This document shows positions 7,669-14,555 of a DNA stretch of 18,232 nucleotides, in pieces. Position 1 is the stretch's first letter. Each line of letters starts with the position of its first letter. The translations under genes and the position numbers were made by a program. The notes beneath the pieces are model-generated. The model saw nothing but the letters and a program-made list of their open reading frames with translations. It was not told the DNA's origin and did not search any database. The stretch is from a bacterium (GTDB taxonomy: Bacteria; Hydrothermota; Tepidihabitantia; Tepidihabitantales; Tepidihabitantaceae), in the NCBI GenBank assembly GCA_046485285.1, contig JAWOHE010000054.1:1-18232 (forward strand), read 5' to 3'.

Positions 7669-8211
7669 GTGAAGCCGCAACTGCTGCTGCACGTCTGCTG
7701 CGGGCCGTGCGCGACCGAGGCACTGCGCCGGCTGGCAGGCGAGTACGCGGTAATCGGCTGTTTCGCCAACCCCAACATCGCGCCCGAGGAGGAGTTCCTG
7801 CGCCGGGCGGCGGCCGCGGAGCAGTTGGCCGCGGCCTGGCACGTGCCGTTCGAGGTCCTGCCCTGCGACCACGGGGCGTTCCTGAGTGCGGTCCGCGGGC
7901 TCGAAGCCGAGCCGGAGGGCGGTCGGCGTTGCGACATCTGCTACCGTCTGCGCCTCGGGGCCGCGGCGGAGCGGGCGCTCGCCTACGGCTGTACCCACCT
8001 TGCGACGACGCTGACGGTCGGACCGCGGAAGCCGGCACTGGCCATCAACCCAATCGGCCACGACGTCTGCCGGAAGCGGGGACTCGAGTTCGTGGCTGGA
8101 GACTGGAAGAAGCAGGACGGCTTCCGGCGCAGCGTGGCGCGGGCCCGGGAACTCGGTCTTTACCGCCAGCACTACTGTGGCTGTGAGTTCTCGCTGCCGC
8201 CAGAAGAGTGA
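7669..8211 (+). CDS. queH: Epoxyqueuosine reductase QueH (DUF208)
   Basis: LLLHVCCGPC, NPNI.P.EE..RR, PEGGRRCDICYRLRL, TTL..GP.K, DWKKQDGF.RS and LYRQHYCGCEFS. Confidence 0.93.
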   Translation: MKPQLLLHVCCGPCATEALRRLAGEYAVIGCFANPNIAPEEEFLRRAAAAEQLAAAWHVPFEVLPCDHGAFLSAVRGLEAEPEGGRRCDICYRLRLGAAAERALAYGCTHLATTLTVGPRKPALAINPIGHDVCRKRGLEFVAGDWKKQDGFRRSVARARELGLYRQHYCGCEFSLPPEE

Positions 8212-8240
8212 TGCGGGGGCGCCTAAGCGCCCCCGCATCA
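8209..8240. terminator. Perfect 14-bp GC-rich hairpin between convergent genes (probable bidirectional terminator)
   Basis: TGATGCGGGGGCGC-CTAA-GCGCCCCCGCATCA; no U-tract on either side. Confidence 0.7.
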
Positions 8241-8259
8241 GGGTCCGCTATGCTCCTGC

Positions 8260-10230
8260 TCAGCGCACCAGCGTGGTGCGGGTCACCGCTGCGCCCTGCG
8301 GTGTCTCGAGCCGGCAGAGATAGCTGCCGTTCGGGACCGCCACCCCGTCTTCATCGCGGCCGTCCCAGGTCGCGAGGTGCCGGCCGGCGGCAAGCGGCCC
8401 GGCGGCAATCGTGCGGATCTCGCGGCCGCTGACATCGAAAACGACGAGCGTTACCGGCGCGGGAGCCGGGAGTTCGAATGCGAGCGTCGTGCGGCCGCGG
8501 GACGGGCTCGGGCTCGCACGGAGGTCGAATTCGCGCACGCCCGGGCGTGTCGGGCGCTCGTCGGCAACCGCGACCGTCGGGCCGGTGGTCGTGAACCTGA
8601 TGGCCCGGCCGGGCTCGATTCGTGCCGAGCCGCGATGGTAGGCGCCATCGAGCAGGCACTGGATGCCGATGGCGGTCGTCGAGTCGTTGATGCCGACGGT
8701 GGTCGACCCGTAGTTGTTGGCGGTCAGGTACTGGTAGGTGAACACGCTGTTCCCGTCCGGAGCAGCCAGCGTCGTGTCGTAGATGACGACCTGGAACCAC
8801 TCAAACGCGGTCCGGTTCGAGTAGTAGGGCATCGAGTCGTACTGGATGATGAGTCGGTGGTTCGACGCGTCGTGGTGCCACCAGACCCCACCCGAGGTCG
8901 GCGGGTAGAGGTCGTCCCACGCCAGCGCGAGCATCGTCGCCTCGCTGGCGGATGGAAGTCTCGCGTTCGAGTAGGCGGTTCGCGTCGTGTAGCCCGGCCC
9001 GACCCAGCCGTTGCCGCAGACCGAGAACTGGGTGAACCTGCGGCCGTAGAAGTAGAAAGGCCCGAACGCGGTCGGGAGGTCGAACTGGACCGTTTGGTCG
9101 TCCGAGGTGATGGCGAGCCGCGTGCCGACCCCGGCGATGTCGAGCCACTCGAAGGTCGGCGCCTGGGAGTAGCCGGAATCGGCGTCATCGTAGGCCCAGT
9201 AGAGGGCCGGCTCGCGCGGGCCGTCAGGGGTCGGGTCGATTGACCGCAGCTCGCCGACCGTTACGTGGAGCCGGAGCGTGTCGCAGTAGTCCCCGTCGCC
9301 GGTGACGAAGAGCGTGCAGGTCACCCGGGTTTCGATCGGCATCGAGGCGTCGACCGAGACCCGGAACGGGCTCGAGCTGTTGACCCTCGTCTCGCCGGCC
9401 GGGATGTCGCCGTACTCGGCGACCGAGTCGGTGAAGACGAGCAGGCCGTGGCCGGAGCGGATGACCGCCCGGGCGCTGCCGACGCCGGCGTTGCCGGCGT
9501 TGCGGAGCGCGGCGAGCAGGCCTCCGGTCTCGCCCGGGTCGAAGCGGCCGTTGCCGTTACCGCCGGGCGGGCTGTCGAGGATGGTTGTGCCGGTACAGAA
9601 GAGGTACGGGCCGGAGGACAGGTTGGTGAGGGAGACGTCGTCGGCGAAGACCTTCGCCGAGGGCGTCCCTCAACCGTCGTAAGTGTAGCTGAAGAGCGCG
9701 ACCTCGAGCTGGGCGACGTCGCCGGGGTTGACGCCGGGGAGGTTGGCGGTGATCTCCTGCGCGACGTCGAGCGAGTACTCCGCCCAGTCCGGGGCCGTGA
9801 TGCGGTGGAGGCTGAGCGTCGGCGAAGGCACCCAGTTCGCGTAGGTCGAGTAGTACCACCGGGTCTCGCCGAGGGCGGTCCCCGCGCCGTCCAGATACCG
9901 GACGCTGAAGCAGGCGGCCGGCCAGCAGGTCGACACCCCGCCGGCCTCCTCGAACTTCGCCCAGAACGACAGGCTGAGCTGGATGCCGGGTGTGACGACG
10001 GTCTGGCTGAGCCGGCTCCAGCCCGGGTTGTCGTACTGGTAGGTCATTGCTTCGTAGTCCGGGTCGGGATGGTAGTCGATCGCCCGGTCGCTCTGATGGG
10101 TGCCGTAGCCGCTGTCGGTGTGGGTCCAGCCGGTCGCCAGCGGCTGCTCGAAGTCGCCGTTGACGAGCAGCTCCTGGGCCAGTCCGACCGACAGCGCCAG
10201 CACCGCGAGCACGGTCAGGGTCTTTCTCAT
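8260..10230 (-). CDS. Secreted multidomain protein, 656 aa, with in-frame UGA at codon 187 (candidate selenocysteine): signal peptide, CBM4/9-like jelly-roll, beta-rich Ca-motif domains, C-terminal FlgD-Ig/T9SS-type sorting domain
   Basis: AAAGGAG SD before ATG 10230. Signal peptide MRKTLTVLAVLALSVGLA, then ELLVNGDFE. TGA at 9672-9670 is followed in frame by 109 stop-free codons (GTPSAKVFADDVSLTN...DSPPGGNGNGRFDPGETG...) that join the track ORF 9342..8260. That ORF ends in SPSP...VFDVSGREIRTI...WDGRDEDGVAVPNGSYLCRL. Confidence 0.82.
9627..9672 (-). promoter_or_regulatory. Candidate bacterial SECIS stem-loop immediately 3' of the in-frame UGA
   Basis: mRNA: UGA GGGACG CCC UCGGCGAA GGUC UUCGCCGA CGA CGUCUC CCUCA. 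Perfect 8-bp upper stem, 4-nt loop beginning with G located 17 nt after UGA, and a lower stem. Confidence 0.72.
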
Positions 10231-10254
10231 TGCTTTCTCCTTTGCGCCTGACTC

Positions 10255-10282
10255 AGTGTAGGCGGGCACCGGCCGGCGTCAA
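10255..10282 (-). promoter_or_regulatory. Sigma70-type promoter of the UGA-containing gene (TTGACG-N16-TACACT)
   Basis: Minus-strand -35 at 10282-10277 and -10 at 10260-10255; short leader with SD. Confidence 0.7.
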
Positions 10283-10327
10283 GCCTCTGCGTGCTTGACC
10301 GGCCGGGTCGGTCACCTGAGAAGGCCG

Positions 10328-10464
10328 GTGCCTGCGAGGACGGTCCGCGACCGGGTCCACGGCGGCACCGACTTCACGGCCGAGGGCTGGCGGTCATCGA
10401 CACGGGCGCGTTCCAGCAGCTCCCGCAGGTCAGGCAGCTCGGCGACGCGTACCCCGCCTCCCCG
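10328..10464 (+). pseudogene. Frameshifted 5' remnant of an HD-superfamily phosphohydrolase (SAMHD1/YwfO-like dNTPase N-terminus)
   Basis: GTG 10328 gives VPARTVRDRVHGGTDFTAE. A 1-nt loss at about 10385 is followed by LAVIDTGAFQQLPQVRQLGDAYPASP, matching the family pattern IRD.VHG.I.......IDT..FQRLR.I.QLG.AY.V.P. No HD motif follows. Confidence 0.65.
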
Positions 10465-10514
10465 CAGGTGGTGCCGCCGGCCGACGGCCAGTCGCGGCCC
10501 GGTCCATCAAGGGC

Positions 10515-10940
10515 CTAGTCAAACTCCAGGGCCAGTTCGATGTCCTGTGCGAGGAGCCGACGGGCAAGGTCCGCGGCGGCCTGCTCGGCCCGGTAGTGCT
10601 CCCAGCGCGTGAGCTCATTACGGTGCGGCTCCAGCTCGGCGCGAAAGCGGGCGAAGGCGCCGGCACCGTCGATAACCGAACGCAGCCGGCCGCGCAGGGC
10701 ATCGTCGTCGACCGTCTCGACGAATCGGGACATCACGGCATAGTCGTGCCGGCCGGCACGCGGAGCGAGTCGGAGGTAACGCCCGGGTTCGGCGCGGACC
10801 GTGGCCAGCACCCGCTCGCGGTTGAAGGCGAAGACCGGGATGACGTCACCGGTCTCCAGGTCAAGGTAGTGAACCGTGCCCGGCGCGCGGCCGCGCAGGG
10901 CGAAGGCCAAGTCGCGGGCGTAGACTCGGAGCTTGCGCAC
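10515..10940 (-). CDS. UPF0158 family protein
   Basis: HYLDLETGDVI, RYLRLAP....DYAVMSRFVETVDDDALRGRL...IDGAGAFARFRAEL and RWEHYR. Start set to leaderless GTG 10940. Confidence 0.85.
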   Translation of the reverse strand: MRKLRVYARDLAFALRGRAPGTVHYLDLETGDVIPVFAFNRERVLATVRAEPGRYLRLAPRAGRHDYAVMSRFVETVDDDALRGRLRSVIDGAGAFARFRAELEPHRNELTRWEHYRAEQAAADLARRLLAQDIELALEFD

Positions 10941-10945
10941 GGGCA

Positions 10946-10973
10946 ATTCTAGGTGCGGCGGCGGCCTCGTCAA
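10946..10973 (-). promoter_or_regulatory. Sigma70-type promoter of the UPF0158 gene (TTGACG-N16-TAGAAT), leaderless
   Basis: GTG lies 5 nt after the -10 on the minus strand. Confidence 0.7.
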
Positions 10974-10985
10974 TTGGCCGCCCTG

Positions 10986-12080
10986 TTACCAGCGGACGAC
11001 CGGGTCGGCGTGGAACCGGAAGACGCTGTTGCGGAGCTCGAGCCAGCCGGACCGGCCGGACAGGCGTACCGGGCAGGCGGGCCAGCCGAGCTGGCGGGCG
11101 GCGTCGGTGATGGCGAGGAGGCGCCAGGCACCATCCTCGAGCCCGGCGAAGCTGCGGGCCGGGCCGCCGGGCCGGGAGCCGGGAACGAAGAAGCCGTAGG
11201 CGACCAGCGAGTCGCCCTGGTTGGCGAGGACGAGCCGCCCGCCGGGCAGGGTCTCTTCCCGGGCGAACCACTCCCGGAGCGGAAACGGGTTGCCCGTGAA
11301 CCGGTACTGCCCATCGTCATCGAGATAGAGGACAGCGAGCGGGCTGGGCCCGGGCTCGCGCCGGATCCCGGCGACGACGGGCAGGCGGCCGGGGTAGTCT
11401 GGGAGCCGGATCGAACCGGTGAACACCACGTCCGTACCCTCGCGCCAGAACAGGCCGGTCAGGTAGTCGGAGAGCGGCGAGAAGCCGGTGTCGTTCGGGG
11501 CGTAGACCCGCACCAGCCGGGCCGCGAGGAGCGAATCGGTCGGCGCGGCCTCGAGCGTGACGAGTTCGTCACGGCCATCATCGTCGAGATCGGCCGCGAC
11601 CGCGTCGGTGACCCAGGCGCCGGGCAGACTGAGTTCACGGGAGGTCACCGAATCAGGACCGAAGCGCCAGACCTCGCACCGTTCACCGCTGAAGACCGCG
11701 AGTTCGAGGAGCCCATCGCCGTCGAGGTCGATCGCGGTCCAGGCGTTGGGCGCGAGCATCGCCGCCGGAACCGGGTCGGCGAGGAGCGGCCGGCTGCGCC
11801 AGACCTCGCGCACGGTTCCGCCGAGGGGCCGGAACAGGCAGAGTCGGAACAGCCCGGGTTCGTTACGACCGAGGCCGGGGCGAAGGGCCGCGGGCAGCGC
11901 GCCGATCGACTCGAGGGCCAGTATGTCGTCGATGTCCCGCTGGACGAACGGTCCGGCGACGATGCGTTCGAGTGCCGGCCGGGGAGAACGTCCGAGAATC
12001 TCGTCAGCCCGTGCGGTTGGAGTCAGGCCCGGGAGCAGCCCGACGATGAGCAGAATCGTGGTTCGTACCGGCGCGCGCAT
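10986..12080 (-). CDS. Exported protein with FG-GAP/VCBS-like Ca-binding repeats
   Basis: Signal peptide MRAPVRTTILLIVGLLPGLTPTARA; motifs AIDLDGDGLLELAV and AADLDDDGRDELVT. Confidence 0.75.
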   Translation of the reverse strand: MRAPVRTTILLIVGLLPGLTPTARADEILGRSPRPALERIVAGPFVQRDIDDILALESIGALPAALRPGLGRNEPGLFRLCLFRPLGGTVREVWRSRPLLADPVPAAMLAPNAWTAIDLDGDGLLELAVFSGERCEVWRFGPDSVTSRELSLPGAWVTDAVAADLDDDGRDELVTLEAAPTDSLLAARLVRVYAPNDTGFSPLSDYLTGLFWREGTDVVFTGSIRLPDYPGRLPVVAGIRREPGPSPLAVLYLDDDGQYRFTGNPFPLREWFAREETLPGGRLVLANQGDSLVAYGFFVPGSRPGGPARSFAGLEDGAWRLLAITDAARQLGWPACPVRLSGRSGWLELRNSVFRFHADPVVRW

Positions 12081-12085
12081 GGAGC

Positions 12086-12113
12086 AGGATAGCCGTCTCA
12101 GGCCGACTGTCAA
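12086..12113 (-). promoter_or_regulatory. Sigma70-type promoter (TTGACA-N16-TATCCT), leaderless
   Basis: ATG 12080 lies 5 nt after the -10 on the minus strand. Confidence 0.7.
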
Positions 12114-12319
12114 ACCCACCCTGTCAGACACCCCCCTGTGCCTCTGCCTGAGACCGGGCGGGGGACAGAGTAGCCGCCAGGACCGATAGATGCCTGTCAC
12201 GCCCCTGACTCCTGATTGGGCAAGACGCTGACGGAGTTGAATTTAGCAAAGATGGTGCGGCCGTATTGATATAGTTGATATATATACTCACGAATATTGA
12301 TATTATGTGAAACTCTTGC

Positions 12320-12366
12320 TTGACATTGGCGTCTAAGATACTAATATGTACATAGTGAAAGTACAT
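12320..12366 (+). promoter_or_regulatory. Promoter TTGACA-N16-TAATAT with overlapping inverted repeat ATGTAC-N9-GTACAT (candidate operator) in an AT-rich island
   Basis: -35 at 12320-12325 and -10 at 12342-12347. The palindrome at 12346-12366 covers the expected transcription start. Confidence 0.6.
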
Positions 12367-12456
12367 CATTGCCGAAATCAATCCGGAGAGGGCATGTACT
12401 CAGTCAAGTCAATTCAGGAAGATAGTTGTGTGGTTCTAGAGAATCGGGAGGTTGGT

Positions 12457-12819
12457 ATGAAGTCGGAGATAGTCCGTTATGGATACGCGGTCGCGGTCGT
12501 GGCGGTCGTGTTGCTAGGTGCGCTGGCCGTGTCGTTCGGCGTGGCGAGGCAGAACTCAGTGCGGGGCTCGGACCTCACGCCGGCGGGCATGCTGGTTGAG
12601 GTCGAGGCAACGGCAGAAGGCCCGGTCGGTCTGCTGGACGAAGTGGTGGCAGTCGCCGAGGGTCCGCGGCAGGCGGTGTGCACGATTGACGTCGTGGCGA
12701 CCGCGCTCGGCCCGGCCCGGGGCGAACAGCCGGTCGTCGAGGTCCGGGCTGCCCGGCCGCAGTATGCCGGCATCGGCCGGCTGCCCGCGAGCGGTCAGTA
12801 CGAGTCTAAGGTCAACTGA
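12457..12819 (+). CDS. Small membrane-anchored hypothetical protein with repeated (L/M)xEVxxxAxxP motifs
   Basis: GGGAGG SD before ATG 12457; N-terminal hydrophobic helix; internal repeats MLVEVEATAEGP, LLDEVVAVAEGP, TIDVVATALGP and VVEVRAARP. Confidence 0.7.
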   Translation: MKSEIVRYGYAVAVVAVVLLGALAVSFGVARQNSVRGSDLTPAGMLVEVEATAEGPVGLLDEVVAVAEGPRQAVCTIDVVATALGPARGEQPVVEVRAARPQYAGIGRLPASGQYESKVN

Positions 12820-12830
12820 CGGAGGCAGAG

Positions 12831-13217
12831 ATGAAGGCAAGTCACCTGCTCCACCGCTGCCCGGTTTGCTCGGGCCGGATGGCGGTTGCGGAGCTCAAGT
12901 GCGAGTCCTGTGATGTCTCGGTGCGGGGCAGGTTCGAGATTCCCGAGCTGTGCCGGTTGCCTAGGGAGCTGTACGACTTCCTGCTCGTGTTCGTGCGCAA
13001 CCGGGGCGTGATCCGGGAGGTGGAGCGCGAGCTCGGGATTTCCTACCCGACGGTCCGCTCGCGGCTGGACGCCGTGCTGGCCGCGCTCGGGTCCGGCGCG
13101 AAGGCCCCGGCTGATGGCGAGAGGGTGATTGCGATGCTCGAGCGGGGGGAGATAACGGCCGAGGAAGCCGAGCGGATGCTCCACGGCGGAGAGGAACCGG
13201 GAGGAAACGATGAGTGA
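12831..13217 (+). CDS. DUF2089 family putative transcription regulator (Zn ribbon, HTH, C-terminal SHOCT-like helix pair)
   Basis: CPVC...LKCESC...GRF, FVRNRGVIREVERELGISYPTVRSRLD and VIAMLERGEITAEEAERML; GGAGG SD. Confidence 0.92.
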   Translation: MKASHLLHRCPVCSGRMAVAELKCESCDVSVRGRFEIPELCRLPRELYDFLLVFVRNRGVIREVERELGISYPTVRSRLDAVLAALGSGAKAPADGERVIAMLERGEITAEEAERMLHGGEEPGGNDE

Positions 13218-14115
13218 GGAGAGGGAGCGGGTGCTGAGGATGCTCGAGGAGGGCAAGATCACCGCCGAGCAGGCGGCAAGGCTGATCGAGGCGCTGGGCC
13301 GGTCGCGGGCCACCGCCTCACGGCAGGACGAGTGGTTCGCGCCGCCGCGGCCGCCGCGGATCCCCGGGGCGCGGATGGCGGACCTCGACCGGATTCCGGA
13401 CATCGTCGCGAGCGCGGTCTCGTCGGCGATGAAGTCCGGGTTCGGCTCGCGCGGGGAGGAGGCGCGGACCGAGTTCCCGGGCAAGAGCTGCCTGTTCCTG
13501 AAGAGCGTCAGCGGCGACGTCACGGTCGCGGGCTGGGACGAGGAGCGCATCACGATCGAGAGCGAGGCCGGGATGACCCGGGTCCGCGAGCGCGAGGACA
13601 TCGTGATGGTCCGGGCGATATCCGGCGACTTCAACATCCACCTTCCGCGCGAGGCGCGGCTCGAGGTGACGACAGTCTCTGGCGACGTGACGGTCCGCGG
13701 GGTCGGTGGCCGGTTCGGGCTCAAAGGCGTGTCGGGCGACGTCACCCTAGAGGGCTTCAAGGGCGAGGCCCGGGTCCAGACAGTGTCGGGCGACGTCAGG
13801 CTGGACCGTGCCGAGGGCAGGTTCGAGGTCGAGAGCAAGTCCGGGGACATCGAGCTCCTTTCCGGGCGCGCGGTCGGCGGCTCGCTCGTGACGAAGTCGG
13901 GCGACGTGACCCTCCGGCTCGGGCCGAGCGCGGACGTCCTGCTCGACCTCGAGTGCGAGGGAGACGGGAGCATCGAGTTCGACGCGGGCCTCGAGCACGA
14001 GGTCATCGAAGAGGGCGAGTGCCGGCTGAAGGTCCGCCTGGGGGCCGGCGCCCGCGAGTTGAAGGTTCGGACGACCGACGCCGTGATTGCCGTTCGGCGG
14101 GCGAAGGAGGAATAG
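13210..14115 (+). CDS. YvlB/LiaX-like protein: N-terminal SHOCT-like domain plus DUF4097 (toast-rack) beta-strand repeats
   Basis: EERERVLRMLEEGKITAEQAARLIEAL; seven SGD repeats (SVSGDV, AISGDF, TVSGDV, GVSGDV, TVSGDV, SKSGDI, TKSGDV). Confidence 0.9.
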   Translation: MSEERERVLRMLEEGKITAEQAARLIEALGRSRATASRQDEWFAPPRPPRIPGARMADLDRIPDIVASAVSSAMKSGFGSRGEEARTEFPGKSCLFLKSVSGDVTVAGWDEERITIESEAGMTRVREREDIVMVRAISGDFNIHLPREARLEVTTVSGDVTVRGVGGRFGLKGVSGDVTLEGFKGEARVQTVSGDVRLDRAEGRFEVESKSGDIELLSGRAVGGSLVTKSGDVTLRLGPSADVLLDLECEGDGSIEFDAGLEHEVIEEGECRLKVRLGAGARELKVRTTDAVIAVRRAKEE

Positions 14116-14298
14116 ATGGGACGCGGGATAATCTGGGGAGTCGTGCTGATGGCGGTCGGGGCGTGGCTCTGGCTCGCCAACCTCGGCGTCCTGCCGACCG
14201 GCATCGTGCCGAGCCGTGACTGGCCCCTGCTCATCGTCGTGGTCGGGCTGCTCACCGCGTTCGAGGGATTCCGCTGGCTGGTCCGGAGGCGGCGATGA
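14116..14298 (+). CDS. Small LiaI/LiaF-TM-like (DUF5668) membrane protein
   Basis: WGVVLMAVGAWLWLANLG...RDWPLLIVVVG two-helix pattern; AAGGAGG SD. Confidence 0.82.
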   Translation: MGRGIIWGVVLMAVGAWLWLANLGVLPTGIVPSRDWPLLIVVVGLLTAFEGFRWLVRRRR

Positions 14299-14555
14299 GA
14301 AGGCTCTTCTGGGGAAGCGCGATTGTCCTGATTGGAGCGTGGATATGGTTATCGGCCCTTGGGGTATCCTGGATCTCGTTCCGGCGCGACTGGCCGATAC
14401 TGCTCGTCGCGCTGGGCGGGTACGTCGCCTGGCGCGGCGCGCGCAGCCTGGCGCGACGCCGGCGCCGGAGCGTCCGGTTCGTCATCGACGACCTGGCGAG
14501 CGGCAGGGTGGACGTCGAAGAAGCGGTCAGTGAACTGAAAGGAAGGAAGCAATGA
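14295..14555 (+). CDS. LiaI/LiaF-TM-like (DUF5668) membrane protein with C-terminal SHOCT-like helix pair
   Basis: WGSAIVLIGAWIWLSALG...RDWPILLVALG, then VIDDLASGRVDVEEAVSEL. ATGA overlaps at both ends. Confidence 0.8.
   Translation: MRRLFWGSAIVLIGAWIWLSALGVSWISFRRDWPILLVALGGYVAWRGARSLARRRRRSVRFVIDDLASGRVDVEEAVSELKGRKQ

Noticed and set aside
7597-8238. N-terminal 214-aa extension of the GNAT ORF
   Set aside because: It is the antisense of queH; a promoter and GTG at 7596 give a better start.
8260-9342. Treating 8260..9342 and 9670..10269 as two independent genes
   Set aside because: They share a frame with no intervening stop other than the single TGA. ATG 9342 has no SD or signal peptide, and the first domain would lack its final strand.
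9670-9672. Genome-wide UGA reassignment (code 4 or 25) as the explanation for the in-frame TGA
   Set aside because: TGA ends many genes here at family-typical C-termini, including ATGA/GTGA coupled overlaps (1393-1396, 3442-3445, 14295-14298, 14552-14555).
12124-12381. 85-aa minus-strand ORF and the 12346 upstream start of the next gene
   Set aside because: They run through the AT-rich promoter region with no SD. ATG 12457 has a strong GGGAGG.
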